Shown here in pieces: positions 35,904 to 48,155 of a stretch of DNA of 64,000 bases. Origin of the DNA: Neoechinorhynchus agilis (taxonomy: Eukaryota; Animalia; Acanthocephala); the NCBI GenBank assembly GCA_051530055.1, contig CM121342.1, positions 7,262,691 through 7,326,690 of the forward strand, read 5' to 3'. Every line of letters begins with the position of its first letter. The stretch's first letter is position 1. Under the pieces are notes generated by a model. That model saw nothing but the letters and a program-made list of their open reading frames with translations, did no database searches and had not been told where the DNA came from. The translations under genes were made by a program, and so were the position numbers.

Positions 35904-37180
35904 ATGTCATTGGGCAATGAAGAAAGTTCGATTGACCTTAGAATATACGATCAATTCTCGGAAATTAGAGAAAACATCGACATATTAGAAGAGGCAAAGG
36001 CGACTGTTCGATTTCATCAATCGGATTTTTGCCATATCGTACCGGACAGTATTGATTTGGAAGTCCCAAATGGAAGAGTTTCGACGACCGTTACAACCCA
36101 GAATCACAGTCTTGAAGGAGAAGAGATTTTCGTAAGAACCGAGAAAACGGGGGAATGCAAAGGAGCCATTTTTATTGACGATGATAGCAGTCTTGTTCAG
36201 GACATTGAGACAAAAAGGTTCTATTACGCTAATCGGTCACAGTTCCAATTTAAATCAGCTCCGATGAAAAACGTGGTTTCCGTTAGATTTCACATCCATG
36301 ATCCCAGCGTAAAGACGGCAATTCTCAGTTATTTAGATCGACAAATAAAATGGAGACCGATATGTCGATTGGACGTTGAGGAAAAAGACAAGAATGCCAC
36401 GATAAAATGCTATGCGGTCATTTCTAATCCGAGTACTCATTCATACAAAGTCAATAGCGCTGAATTATTTGGAGGAGATGTTGCCAGCATTCCACATCCA
36501 ATACCAAGAGAAATAAGTCACGTTTACATGAGAAGTGCGACGCAGCACCGCCTCCTTCGATCGATATTGGCGATCATAAGGAAATCGGAGGGCTTTTCCA
36601 ATACACGATTAGTAAACCCTTTAAGCTAAGTGCTCGTAGTGACCTCTATGAAGAGTTTCTGGACGCTAAAATAACGCCACATTTTTGGTCTTCATATGAA
36701 ACAATAAATGAGAAAAGAGAAGAGTTAAAGTTTAGTAGAATTTATGAAATTACAAGTACCGAATTTCTACCAACTGGGAAAATGTCTATTAGAGAACAAG
36801 GACGCATTATTGCAAATGTTCGGCTCGATCAATTACCAGCAGGAGCAAAGCGAGAAATAAGAATCGGTGAAGATTCAAGCGGACTCATTAGAAGAAAGGT
36901 GGATAATTTTAAAGAAAGTGGACGAGTTATAACTACGGATATTGAAATCGAAATAACGAATCTAAGACATAGAACTTGGGAATATCGATATAAGGAATCC
37001 TCAGACAAGCACGATGTGGATTATAGTTATTCATTCTTGAACGAAAAGGATCCTGATGTTACCATCACTGGAAATGTGTTAAAAGTAACCAAAAAGTTGG
37101 AAAGCGAGCGGGGCAATGCTGCCAGCGTGATGGCGACGGTCGAGGAAGGACAAAAGCTGGAATTTGGTGGGAGGTGGTGA
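35904..37180 (+). CDS. DUF4139-like (bacterial-type) protein, ~420 aa, one frameshift near 36540
   Basis: DLRIYDQFSEIR, LSYLDRQIKWRP..LD, AVISN..AELFGGDV. After the shift: EIGGLFQYTISKPF..L, RIYEI..FLPTGKMSIREQGRII..L..G..IRIGED, running into ORF 36782. Intronless. Family recognised from memory only. Confidence 0.6.
37109..37178 (+). mobile_element. ~70-bp 3'-terminal CRE fragment fused in frame to the end of the DUF4139-like ORF
   Basis: Near-identical to the reverse complement of 48889-48958 (RGNAASVMATVEEGQKLEFGGRW). Confidence 0.9.
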
Positions 37181-37419
37181 ATGTAAAGAAAAGTTGATAA
37201 AAGACACCTGAAATATCAAAATATTCGGTAAAGCTTATAAATTCGTGATCTCGAGTGAAAAAAGAAGAAATTGTGTTTCCGCTTTCCGACTAACAAACAA
37301 GAATTTGTTGCCGCAACCGAGGCATCGATCAGAGCTTTTTTCATCCAGAGTGAGATTTGATTATGTTGATGCATTGAAGCGATTAGGCGCCCGGCATAGA
37401 ATGATGTTCCCGGAAACAA

Positions 37420-37990
37420 GAATAAAATCAAACGACCATATCTGCTAGTTTAAATGCGCTCCATTGATTGATTTGATCGATACGGACGGACGACCTGGTG
37501 TTATTGATCTATTGAACGACCATTCAATCCGTTTAACATTCCTTTAATCTACGGTTGGAAACGCATGATAAATCGAGCCGGGACAACAAAAAAAGTTGTC
37601 TCCGTATCGCCTTGTTTTTGATTATTCTACAAAATCCGCCAAGTTTTCGAACAGTTGGAAACGACAAGGTCACATCTATCAATTGATTTATTTATGAAAT
37701 ATTTATCGTTTGTGGGTGGCTAACAGAATACATTTTAATTGTATTTTGAGGTGGTTTTCTCCCACAAGGCTAATAGGGCCTCGCAGCAAATAGATTTCTA
37801 TAAGAAAAGCTCACAAAATAACTTAATAGTCTGAACCACACGTTTTTGAGTCTGTAAATTTCTCCGGATCCTCAGATGCCTCCAGGGAAGGTGGGACTCG
37901 TCGGTGAATTTCCTAGAAGTTGTGGACATCAGTTGTCCAGGATAACGAAAGGAAATTGCATTCTGCAATGAAAATTGTGGTCATTACGGT
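37420..37990 (+). pseudogene. SETDB1/eggless-like remnant (MBD-like domain and start of pre-SET)
   Basis: DHIC*FKC, then NPFNIPLIYGWKRMINRAGTTKKVVSVSPCF*LFYKIRQVFEQLETTRSHLSIDLF (SETDB1-type MBD pattern P-x3-PL-x2-GW-x-R..K-x-V..PC..V..L..T..L-x-ID-x-F), then VVDISCPG*RKEIAFCNE. In-frame stops and frameshifts. Confidence 0.6.
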
Positions 37991-38633
37991 GGGGGCGATA
38001 TTTCCTATCAAAAAATAACGATGAGGGTACCAATACAGTTTCGTTATCATTTGTCAGCAGATAATTTGATGGATATTTCCACGGATTCAATCCATCGCTC
38101 CATAGAAACATCCATTCATAATTTCTCAATGAAGATCAAAATCCACGTTTAGTTCATTGTCTACAATCGACGTAAATAAAAATAAGAAATAGAACCGCCT
38201 TTAAGATTTTTGCATTGCATCCGAAGTTTAAAGAATTATGCTGAAAATCTGATTGCATCGCCAATTTAATCAAGTAAAAACTGTTGATCTTTCAAAAATC
38301 CAATTAATCAAATGCCTTCCGAACCGCTAATCGACTATGACAATGGAAAAAATCGATAATGCATAGCACATCCCAACATTTGATACGGAAAAGGTATGAA
38401 GAATCTCCAGAATTTAATTTGAATTTCAATCTCCTCAAAAATCCACAGAGCGAACAAAGTTACCTTCTTCAACTTCACTGTCCAATTTTGTGCGCCTCCT
38501 TTAAATGTCTTATAATGCCATGGATGAAGATTTCTCCGCTCGACAACTTTAACCATCTTAGATTAATCTATTTGACACCAATAAAAGTAGCCCTTTAATA
38601 TCAGTACTTTATGTTGCTCTTCTTGTATACTGT

Positions 38634-40184
38634 TCAAGAGCTTCGCTTTAGAATTTTTCTTAACCTATTTGAATTAAGGTCTAGCGCTCCAAATTCGTCG
38701 ATTGATCTTCCACAATCGTCTTCATCGATAGTTTCAGCGCATCGTTTCCGCGAGTTCTTGGATGCCTGTGATTCATTGCCGTCTTTCTCGACATCTATCA
38801 GGTTTCCCAAATGATCGATTGAACGGCCCCACCCATCGTTATCATCTTCATTGGCAGTTAAAGCGCTTTGCTGCCGACCGTCAATCGATCCTTGTGGTTG
38901 TTCGCCGTCTTTCTCGGTATGAATCAGCTCTCCAAACTGATCGATTGAACGGCCCCACCCATCTCTATCGTCTTCATCGGCAGTTGAAGCGCTTTGCTGC
39001 CGACCGTCCATCGATCCCTGTGATTGTTCGCTGTCTTCCTCGAGATCCTTTAGTTTTCTAACTTCATCGATAGAATTTCCACAATCATCTTCATCATCCA
39101 TTGGCGAGCTTCGTTTTCTAATTTTCCTTGGGTTATGGTCGTCTTCTTGATCAAATTTTCGCGTTGTAAGTTCTTCGAGTGAACTTAAAAAATCCCCTTC
39201 ATCCTCTTCATTTATATTTCCTGCCGTTCGTTTACGGAATTCCTTTACTCTCAGCGATTTATGTTTTTCAACTGTTGCTGTGTTTTGTTTTGTGATTCCT
39301 TTTATCCTCTGGGGTTCATATTTCTTTTCTTCGACAATATTAACTTCTTTTTGGATGTTTCCATTTTTCCATTCATTTTTGTTTCCAAATTCAACTATTC
39401 TCTGCGCATTATTTAAGAATTGGCCTTCGTTTGTAACAATTAATTGTTTCATTTCAGCTGCTAATATTGACCATTCGCATTGATCGCTTCTAAAACACCT
39501 TTTGCGTTTTTTCTCCGAATCGATTTCAGTTTCATTATCTGACTTCCTTTTTCTTGATTCTCTGGCCACGTCTCCGGGTTCTTCAAATTCCTCGTCGATT
39601 TCCATTTCTTCATTCACTGATTCTCCATTATCATTGTCATTTTCATAAACACCGAAACTCATCATTGATTGTATCGCCGGAAACCGTTCTACAAATTTTA
39701 TCATTTCATTTGAAAGTTCCTCTTTCACCTTTCTCTTCATTCCATCTCGTTCACTTCCATTTTCCATCGGCTTTTTTAAATCTACTTTCCCATAATTCTT
39801 CATGTAGCTGCGAAAACTTTTCGCAATTTCCTTAATAATCTCATTAAAGCCGTCCGTTCCTGCCATTTCCGTTTCCTGTTCTGCTACTTCGATCACCTCA
39901 ACAAATTGTGTCTGAATCGCCTTTTCCATTGAACTTTTTGTCCGTTCCTTTGCATGCTGCAATCTTCTACTCACCGCTAACCCAATAATGAAGCCAATCG
40001 CAAGCATCATTATTGACGCCGAAGATATTGCCATCCGATCCATAATTTCAAAAGAGTTCAATAATACGTTCATTATTTCAGTAATTGAAAGCGCTAAATT
40101 TGCTAACAATCCTTTCTCTGTGTTCAATGCTTCTATGACAACCAAAGCAACGTCGAACATTCGCCTTAGGGGTGATTCCCACAT
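38634..40184 (-). CDS. PLE-linked cargo protein, copy B (~516 aa): hydrophobic segment, coiled coil, bipartite NLS-like motif, acidic repeats with two DGWGR units
   Basis: Open frame 38634-40193 with first ATG at 40184. Contains IMMLAIGFIIGLAVS, RKRKSDNETEIDSEKKRKR and alternating RKR and acidic G-x-SID blocks. No known domain recognised. Confidence 0.75.
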   Translation of the reverse strand: MWESPLRRMFDVALVVIEALNTEKGLLANLALSITEIMNVLLNSFEIMDRMAISSASIMMLAIGFIIGLAVSRRLQHAKERTKSSMEKAIQTQFVEVIEVAEQETEMAGTDGFNEIIKEIAKSFRSYMKNYGKVDLKKPMENGSERDGMKRKVKEELSNEMIKFVERFPAIQSMMSFGVYENDNDNGESVNEEMEIDEEFEEPGDVARESRKRKSDNETEIDSEKKRKRCFRSDQCEWSILAAEMKQLIVTNEGQFLNNAQRIVEFGNKNEWKNGNIQKEVNIVEEKKYEPQRIKGITKQNTATVEKHKSLRVKEFRKRTAGNINEEDEGDFLSSLEELTTRKFDQEDDHNPRKIRKRSSPMDDEDDCGNSIDEVRKLKDLEEDSEQSQGSMDGRQQSASTADEDDRDGWGRSIDQFGELIHTEKDGEQPQGSIDGRQQSALTANEDDNDGWGRSIDHLGNLIDVEKDGNESQASKNSRKRCAETIDEDDCGRSIDEFGALDLNSNRLRKILKRSS

Positions 40185-40309
40185 TTCAAACAACCAACAA
40201 ATTTGTGCTATTTACCAATGTTGATATTTGGAAACAATAACATTTTTTTGTATTCCAAGAGCTACGGCGGCTCAACTAACCTGGTAATTGGGAGAATCAA
40301 TTATCAATC

Positions 40310-41202
40310 AATTTGGGTTCTCTCATAAAGCAAATCGTTTCATGATTTCATCAGTTCGTTCATTGAAAAAAGATGAACGCAGAGGACTGTTTTGCGCATT
40401 TTTGCATTGGATTTTGTGGTGGAACTTTGAGTGGGGTTTGACCAATGGAGGCCGCGTTTTGGTTCAATTCGTTTCTTGACTGTTCAAAATGTATACGACA
40501 TGAATGTGTTTCTGTTCGCATTGAACACAGTAAGTTCCGTAGACAACATTAAACCTCATGAAAAGTGATTTTGTCGCAATGATTCAAACTTTGGTCTTGT
40601 CGCCCACATCCTTTTACATTAGAAACGATATCGAAAACTGTAGCAGTTCCTTGTGATGGGTTCTTTTAGTTGGAATCCGGCGAAATGTTGAAGAGTTCCT
40701 CTTAACTTATCGATCCTCTAATCCTGCCCCCTTTTAAGAGCCTCTTGATGTCGCTCGTGAATTTCTTTTTAACAAATGGGATCTTGAGGATCGGTGAGGA
40801 GTCGCCATTGGTTTCCTTCTTATACGAACGTCCGTCAACCGTTTCAGCTCGGAAGCCCCTTAATTTCCCGATCCCAATATTCGTTTTAAGCGAACATTCT
40901 GTTCGAAACTTTTTTATTGACGATCCTTTTAGCCTCCGGTTAAGATGAGCAAATCCTTGCAGTCTTCTCCATCGCAGTACAGATCGCTTGCTTCATCGCC
41001 CAAGAGGATTGTGAGAATCTTGATGCATGATTATGGCTTTCTTGCAAGGCTATGTGGCTATCCTTGAATGGTAAGTTGATGACAGGGAAAATAATCCACC
41101 GGGTCGTCAATCGTCACATTTAATCGCTCGGTTGTATCCATAGTATTAAGCCTCTGTTCCATTTTATCCACTTCAAAGCAAGTGATTTTGTCGCAATGGT
41201 CT
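40310..41202 (-). mobile_element. Degenerate PLE, copy B (5'-truncated)
   Basis: Highly similar to 11000-11930. It is capped at 41180-41202 by a 22-nt repeat of its own GIY-YIG region (AAGTGATTTTGTCGCAATGGTC). Confidence 0.8.
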
Positions 41203-43225
41203 TTTGTAAGATGTTGGGGGAGTTAAGCATACAGTCTATTGACCTTTCCCGTAGAGTCACCTTTCTTATGAGGAATCCTCCTCAAGACTTGGATTCTGTT
41301 GACTTTCGCAAAATTGAGGATGAGTTAGGAATTAAACTGGTCAAATATTTATTTAGACCCAATGCCACTTCCGCCTACGCCATCCTATGTTCAGCCACTA
41401 TCAATGTCGCCGAGAGTTTGGCTAACTCCGGCAGGGTCACTTTCGACCGATATAAGGACTCTCTCAATGACTATAATTTGATAATCTGTCAGAAGTGTTC
41501 TAGATGGGGGCACTACGAATCGGACTGTGTATTTCCCTCCAGATGCATCTTTTGTGCAGGTCCTCACCACAAATCATCCTGCTCTCACTCTGATTCCGCC
41601 AACTGTGGCAAGAATCATCCGGCCTTTGCGCGTTCTTGCAAGCTCGCGCAAAAATACTTTGACGATTCCTTATCATCGAAGCAGCCGGTCTACTATAATA
41701 AAAATAATAGAGAAATCTATCCTCATCAAACTTTCTCTCCGGACGGCTTTTCCTCTAAGGAGTTGAAGACTCATCCTCCCTCTAATGGTTACAACTCTAA
41801 GCTTCCCCCCAAACCTCCGGAAAAATCTTCTTTTGAAAGTTTAGTATCTTCCCTCTCTACTTCTCCACTTGGTACCGGTAAAGAAATCTCCTTGCTTAAG
41901 GACATCCTTACTTGGATTCTTTACAAACTTGATAATTGTTCTGTATCGGACTCTTCCTATAGCACATCATCTTTATTACCTAACCTAAACTCTCTTAATA
42001 ACTGGATTGATTGTGAACATTCTAAAAGGAATATTTCCCCATCTTCACGTTAACTTGGAATCTATTTGATTCCAAACGTCCTAAATTTTCTTAATGATTT
42101 GTGCCAATTCTAAGGACTTTCCTTACTCCTTCATTACATATTATGCCTCTAGGGCTTCGCGTCTTCCCGTTTTTCTTACTCTTTGTATATTTGATATGTT
42201 ATGTTTTCAAGAAACCGGCTTTTCTAAATTGTTTCTTATCGATAATTATGATTCTCATATTCTTCTCCTTTGCTCCTCATCAACCAATCAGCATATTGGC
42301 TTCTCTGGAGGACTCCAAACATTTAATCTTAAATCTCACTCTTCTAAACTTCTCTTTCAAACAAAAAATATCTCTTTTGTAATGCAAATTCTCTATTTTA
42401 AGAATCGCTTCTATAGAACCTCATCTTTCTTCTCTTCTACTCTTATCATTTGCAACTTGTATATTCAACCCAGACACGTGGGAAAATTTACTAAATCTTT
42501 TATACATATCCTCCGTTACTGGAATCCCGACTTTATTGCCGGAGATTTCAATAACATTCACAATTTTTTGCTCCCTAAATCTCCTTCATTTCATAATGTT
42601 AAATCTAATGGACATACCTTCTTGGATGGCGCAATTATTAAAAAGTCAATTCCAATTTCATTCTATCCTGCTTCCCAACTTCAGTCACAGAGATTATTAG
42701 GGCATGAATTCATTCTTTTTAAATCTAATGCTATTTCTCTTAAAGACACTCTTGTTTTTAATCCTCAAAGCTTATCGAAATTTAATAATGATCTCTTATC
42801 TTTTATGAACTCACCTACTTCTATCTCCTTATCTGACTTTAATAATGCTATCTTATCCTCTGTACATAAAAATTTAATTAAGTCTATGATCAAGCGACCC
42901 CCTGTTTGTCATGAAACCAACATTGAAAAAAAAGCTGTTATAGTTGATTTGTATAATAACTCCCCACTACTCGGCTAAGTTTTATCATCAAGTTTTGTTG
43001 GACAAAAAAAAGCTGATCTCTCTTAAGCCTTTTGTAAGGACTTTTGGTCCTGTATGTTGAAAAGGAGACCAGTTTGTTGGAAGGAAAAAGCATCCAACTG
43101 GATTGGCTCGATTTCTTATCCTGCAGTAATCGAGTCTATTTTGATGGCGCATTCTTTTACTGCATGTTTTTCTCCTCCACTTCCTATCTTTAATAAAAAG
43201 TCCCTCTCATGGAATTTTTAAGTGG
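41196..43225 (+). mobile_element. APE-type LINE family A, copy 1 (ORF1 zinc knuckles + APE, truncated before the RT core)
   Basis: ORF1 has CQKCSRWGHYESDC..CIFCAGPHHKSSC..ANCGKNH. ORF2 has CFQET, IAGDFNN, SFHN..TFLDG and GHE. Confidence 0.85.
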
Positions 43226-43229
43226 AGGC

Positions 43230-43800
43230 CACCTCTCGCAGAACCTATGAGGGCACTGAGAGTTTTTGTTTTGTCGTATAAGTAACTGCCTTCACGTTTT
43301 TGTTACCCGAAATGCTCATGCCTCGAATGTAACGTGTGATATATTTATACGAGTAGCCTCTTTTTTAAAAAGAATTTTCAAAAAATCAATTTCTGATTTC
43401 AAACAATATTGATCAGAACAGTAATTGTAGGCTCTACGAAATAGTGCGACCATTCTGCTAATTTTGTATTTTATTGGTTGGGCAGATATCCATGGAACAG
43501 GCTGATTGGGGATACCAGGTTTTCGAAAAACCTTCGTATCAAAACCTTAGTTCGCTCAACCAGGACATCTAGGAAAGGAAGTGATTGACATTCCTCCACA
43601 TCGACACTCAACTGAATCGAAGAATCTGGACGGTTTAAAATGTCACAGATTGACTCTTCGCCAATAGAGCTGTCCACGGGGAGAAATGTATCATCAACAA
43701 ATCGTAGCCATAATTTTACAAATGTGAAATTACATACATTGCCATCTTCCCAGTGGCGCATGTAGATTTCTGCCAGAATTGGCCTAACCAAGAAAATGCG
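43230..43800 (-). mobile_element. PLE RT C-terminal half and linker
   Basis: PILAEIYMRHWE, LWLRFVDDTF, LPFLDVLVER, FRKP and LFRRAYNYCSD..LKSEIDFL. It ends in the 50-nt block also found at 46632-46682. Confidence 0.85.
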
Positions 43801-43849
43801 TCTAGACACATTGATATCCCTCCACGCGTATGGCGAACAGCATAGCCTT

Positions 43850-46200
43850 TGCAAGGAGGATTATGCAGTCCCTAGGAAACAAGGTGAAAATTTTCGTCCC
43901 GGGGTAGTCGTTAGCCGAACCCAATTTCGGATTTGTGGACCAAACTTCGAGAATGTCATTTAATGAGATATCAGTACGATTACGAATTAGTTTACAAAAA
44001 CAAATTGACGGCACGTTGGTCGAGGAGCCTGCGGAATAGAAGTCAAAAGTTTGAGTAAGAATATCCTCCAAAGTCGAGGATTTTAACCAAGCCGTAATTT
44101 TTGATCTCCCGTCGTTGTCGGCAACGGGCAGCCCATAGAAGGCTTGATAGGGTTTTGCATAGAAGAGTATCCCCAGAGCGTTGGGCTGCATAGAGTTGGC
44201 GTCCAAGAAAACGAAGTGATCGGCTCACATAAGGGCGAGAGAAGGTTTTAGCGGTGTGGGATAAGAAAGGATTAGCGGCTTTATTAACTAGGGAGTTTGC
44301 GAAAGGTAAAATATCTGACAACTTGCAATCAGACCCCAAGTGTAAGAAAATTTTCTCGCAAACTAGCCGAAAAAACGCTAAATTTAAAGGGGATAAGTGA
44401 TACACTTTGCGCAGCCTGTCAAAGAGACCAATGGAACAAATCAAGATGTCGTGTCCTAAGAGGACAAAATTGGAGACTTGGCGATCATATTCGATTGAAA
44501 GGTTTAAAATTTTCTTCAATATTACTAGATCCAAAAAGGAGTGTTTGTTGGTAGAAATATTGTGAAAGGAAGGATTGTTAGGCATGATAAGAGAATGGGA
44601 AAGATTGACAGCGTTAACAATGGCCCGAGACCATTTCAAGGATGGATCATTAAAATCTCCCACAATAAGATCGATGTTAGCCCCTAGGAGCCATTTGATT
44701 TTGTCTTTTACCGCAAGAGAGAGATAGTTCTTTTTGAAAAGTATTTTAAAAATACTGTAAGACAATTCCTCAGAGGAATAGGACATGATCAGTGAAGAAA
44801 CAAGGGAAGATTGAAAAATGGAAATTAGGCCTTGTGTGGCAAGTCCATAGGGAGGATGAACGAAAGATGTAAATACCGAAGACTTTAAAAGGGGTAGATG
44901 AACATATAGTTGCTCTAAATTAAAAACGCTTTTTGACTCTTGAATGAGAGCTATGGATATTCCTGGTAAATATCGAGTGAGCTTAAAAAGGTTGGTCGCA
45001 CCCCCACAGTTCCACTGCAACACCTTAACATTGCCTAGCTTCTCCTGAGCCATCGAGTCAAAGTTTCTTCGCATTGGCATTTGAAATCAAATTGGCTGTT
45101 CCGTTGTCGATCAGTTTGGATTGGGCTTCAATTATTCTTGCAACGAATTCAGAAGTTGATTGATCTTCATCCATCACAACATCATCCTTGTGCTGTGAGC
45201 GAGAGCCATTATTCGGCTTTTTAGCTGCTCGTGCAACCTCGCCGGACACATTCGCTCTTTTGAGTTTTGCAGAGCTTTGTTCTGGTAAACACGAGGAAAA
45301 AATAGTCGGAATGTTCATTAACTTATCAATTAAGACGCTCATCTTTCTTTCAAAAGCCTGCATTGCCTCCGTAAAACGAGCTTGCATAATCATTAGAATC
45401 TTGTTACAAGCTTCATTTAATTTGCTCTCTAACACCTCCATGGTTACCACTTGAGTAGAGGGCACGTTACCGGAAAATCCTGAGAAGTTAGAGTTGGCGT
45501 CTTGTCGAAAGGAGGGTGTTGGAAGCAATGAATTGAGTTTAGGCGCTACTTGCTTAGTTGTAGTAATGAGCTTTTTCCACGGCGTTAATACGAGAATTCT
45601 GAGCCCAGGCCCAGTAATTTTTGAATTGTGGGCATCCTTTGTAAAAAGGCGAATGCTGTCCTTGACAATTTGAGCAATGTTTATTTGAATTGGTACCTTG
45701 ATCCGAACCGTGAGAGGAATCCCCACAGTGACAACATTTTTTGTGAGAAGGATTGGGGCAGCGTTGGCACCAATGGCCCCAATGCTGACAGATATTGCAT
45801 TGCGGAAAGATGAAATCATCTTGCTCATAGTTTTATTTCATCACGAAGTTAATTTCGAAGCAGTTGAAGGAGCAAAATTGTTGAGAACATAAGTCATCAC
45901 GCACATTCCATTGTCCTTCTACCATGGCAATAGGAATAGGTTGGCCCGTCCTTCTTGAGTATAGAACTTTATATTGCATCCAAAAGTTTGTTCGAACTCG
46001 TTCCGTTCTTGTTTGCTGAGAGAAGGTTCAACACCTTTAACTAGAAATTGAACTTTTTGAGAACTGGACGTAATATCGTAGACTTCTTTAGGGAGGTTAG
46101 ATTTCGAAAACTTGACAAAGTGATCCAACCAATTGTGTGAAGTCAGGTAGATTCGTAGATTGCCGGCGTAATATGTGATCGATCCTTTTAATACCATCGT
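43850..46200 (-). mobile_element. APE-type LINE family B (ORF1 CCHC knuckles, APE, RT start), frameshifted
   Basis: An alternative frame at ~45640-45800 reads CNICQHWGHWCQRC..CCHCGDSSH..CSNCQGQH. APE motifs: VLQWNCGG, LIQES, IVGDFND, SFLDLV and GHD. Confidence 0.85.
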
Positions 46201-46349
46201 TCTTGAAGGTCCGAGTCCACGGACTTACTGCTTGGTCGTACATGATTTGTTTGGGAAGGATAGGTTTGGATTTAAAAATGGCTATGAAAGGCCGTCCTTT
46301 TGTCGGTAGAGTATTTTGGAAATTGTTGCTTTGTCGATGTCAACTGGGA

Positions 46350-46682
46350 ATTGTTTACCAGGCGATCAGAGAGCAACTGCTCTCGCTTCTCCAAGGACAT
46401 TGGAATTCGCACGCGAATATCGATCGCCACTACGCATCAAGATTTTGACAGTATCAAAATTGATGGAATGTCTTGTCGTATTGACGTGATTGACAATCGC
46501 TGAATTTCCATCACATCGCTTCAGTGCATATTTATGCTCATGGATTCTGCTTGGAAGATTGTTAGTTTGTCCAATTTAGGACTTACTACAATCGCCACGA
46601 GGTATATCGTAGACAACACCATGCGGTGGGTCACCTCTTGCAGAACCTATGAGGGCACTGAGAGTTTTTTGTTTTGTCGTAT
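46350..46682 (-). mobile_element. PLE linker + GIY-YIG 3' portion
   Basis: TTKQKTLSALIGSARGDPPHGVVYDIPRGDCSKS*IGQTNNLPSRIHEHK..NSAIVNH..HSINFDTVKIL. Confidence 0.85.
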
Positions 46683-46689
46683 CACGATT

Positions 46690-47190
46690 CGTCCATATCC
46701 CACAACTGGATATTTCCAAAAAAAATACACACTTCCTTCATCTTTAGACTCGAGTCCGATAAAGGCGTTCAGGAGAACATGGGACGGATCACCTACGGAG
46801 AAAGACATCATTCCCTTCAGGTACTGAGGCCGAAGCCTGCCTAGCCCATCGGCTGGCCCTTTTGCGAACGAAGAAACGGCTTTTTTTTAACAACATCAAC
46901 CGAGAACTCCAACGGAGTGCACGAGGGGATCATCTCCGAATATTCTAGATGACCAGCGGATCGAGGATGTTTATCTCTGAGAAGTTCGTGAGTTTTCGTA
47001 TCATCTCTTGCGAATTCGTTGGTGGACGATAGAATGCGAACTGCGCCTCACCATTGGCGAATTTAGAAGGCACTCTCTGGGTCATTGAACGGGTTGAAAC
47101 TCGGCTCGGATTCGATGACTTCGAAAAATCTCCCCTAAAAATGCGAGCTTTACGTAGAACCTCTCCAAAGGAGTGAAGTTCACAACCTGC
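46690..47190 (-). mobile_element. CRE fragment
   Basis: QRVPSKFANGE/GAVRILSSTNEFARDDTKTHELLRDKHP and VKKAVSSFAKGPADGLGRLRPQYLKGM, colinear with 61330-61620. Confidence 0.8.
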
Positions 47191-47400
47191 AGGTGACACA
47201 ATCAGATGAAGACGCCTCGGTGAAGAGCACATGGAGAATCGAGCTCGAGGGGAAAACGAGAAGAGGGAGGCCCAAAAGAGGTGGAAGGACAGTGTGAACG
47301 GAGATTTCAAGACGCTGGGAAAGGAGAACAAAGACGAAAACCGACAATGCTGAAAAGAACGACCTCTCAAGTGAGAGAAAAGTTCAAAAAAATCTTGTTG
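47190..47400 (+). mobile_element. RTE-clade LINE 3' end
   Basis: Encodes G..RRG(R)PKKRWKDSV..DFKTLG; near-identical to 48156-48355. Confidence 0.75.
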
Positions 47401-48155
47401 TTCAATAAGTAGAGTTTGCGATGGAAACTCTTGACTTAGCCTCAAAGAAGTTAATCTATGAATGCACGATTTATTCTAACGATTTTTACATTTCATTCAC
47501 TTTCGTTTTTAGCAAAGATTCAAAGAGCCTTGTATTCGAAAGTAAAAATTAAGTATAATTTTAGTTTTTGAAGCCCTGTTGGATTCGCCGCAACTTTCAA
47601 GGTAAGGTGTTTATTGACGAGATCAAAGATAGCGAAGAGCGCAAGAAGTTTTTCTCCGTGAGTTAAGGTAAGGCTCACTTTTCAAAGAACATCAAAAGAG
47701 CATAGATTTTCGCTAACGAACTCTCACTGCGAAAAACAGCTTTCTAACTTTCACTTCTATCTCGAAACAATTTACAGTAAGTTCCGGCCTCAGGCCAAAG
47801 CCCAATGACGAGTACAGTGTCCGCTCGGACGCTTCAGAGGGCACCGAAAAAATAAAAGAAAATGTTTTGTATCCATCGATGAAGATTTTTGTTTGTTTCA
47901 ATTCCACAATTCGGGATGAAAAATGGACATTGAAGATTTCAATGTAACGCAAAGTTTGGACTTTTTGTTTGAAAGAGTAATTTGACTTTAAGATTTTTGT
48001 TTAGAATTGATTGTAACCCTCTTGAGAAACCCAAGAGGTTTCCATTAGGTGATGACTAGAATTTAAGAAGAAGGAATCATATTTACGGCTATGAACTAGC
48101 AAACATGACCCAGTTTCGTGAAAAAAATAAATGACCAGGATTGCGATGGTGCCCT

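Noticed and set aside
38634-40310. Copy A as a spliced (processed) version of cargo copy B
   Set aside because: The segments missing from copy A do not have GT..AG ends; the junctions show microhomology instead.
46945-47445. ORF with FYRPPT read as a PLE thumb motif
   Set aside because: Another frame gives a much longer match to CRE (GAVRILSS..LRDKHP), and the 5' half of the ORF is antisense RTE sequence.
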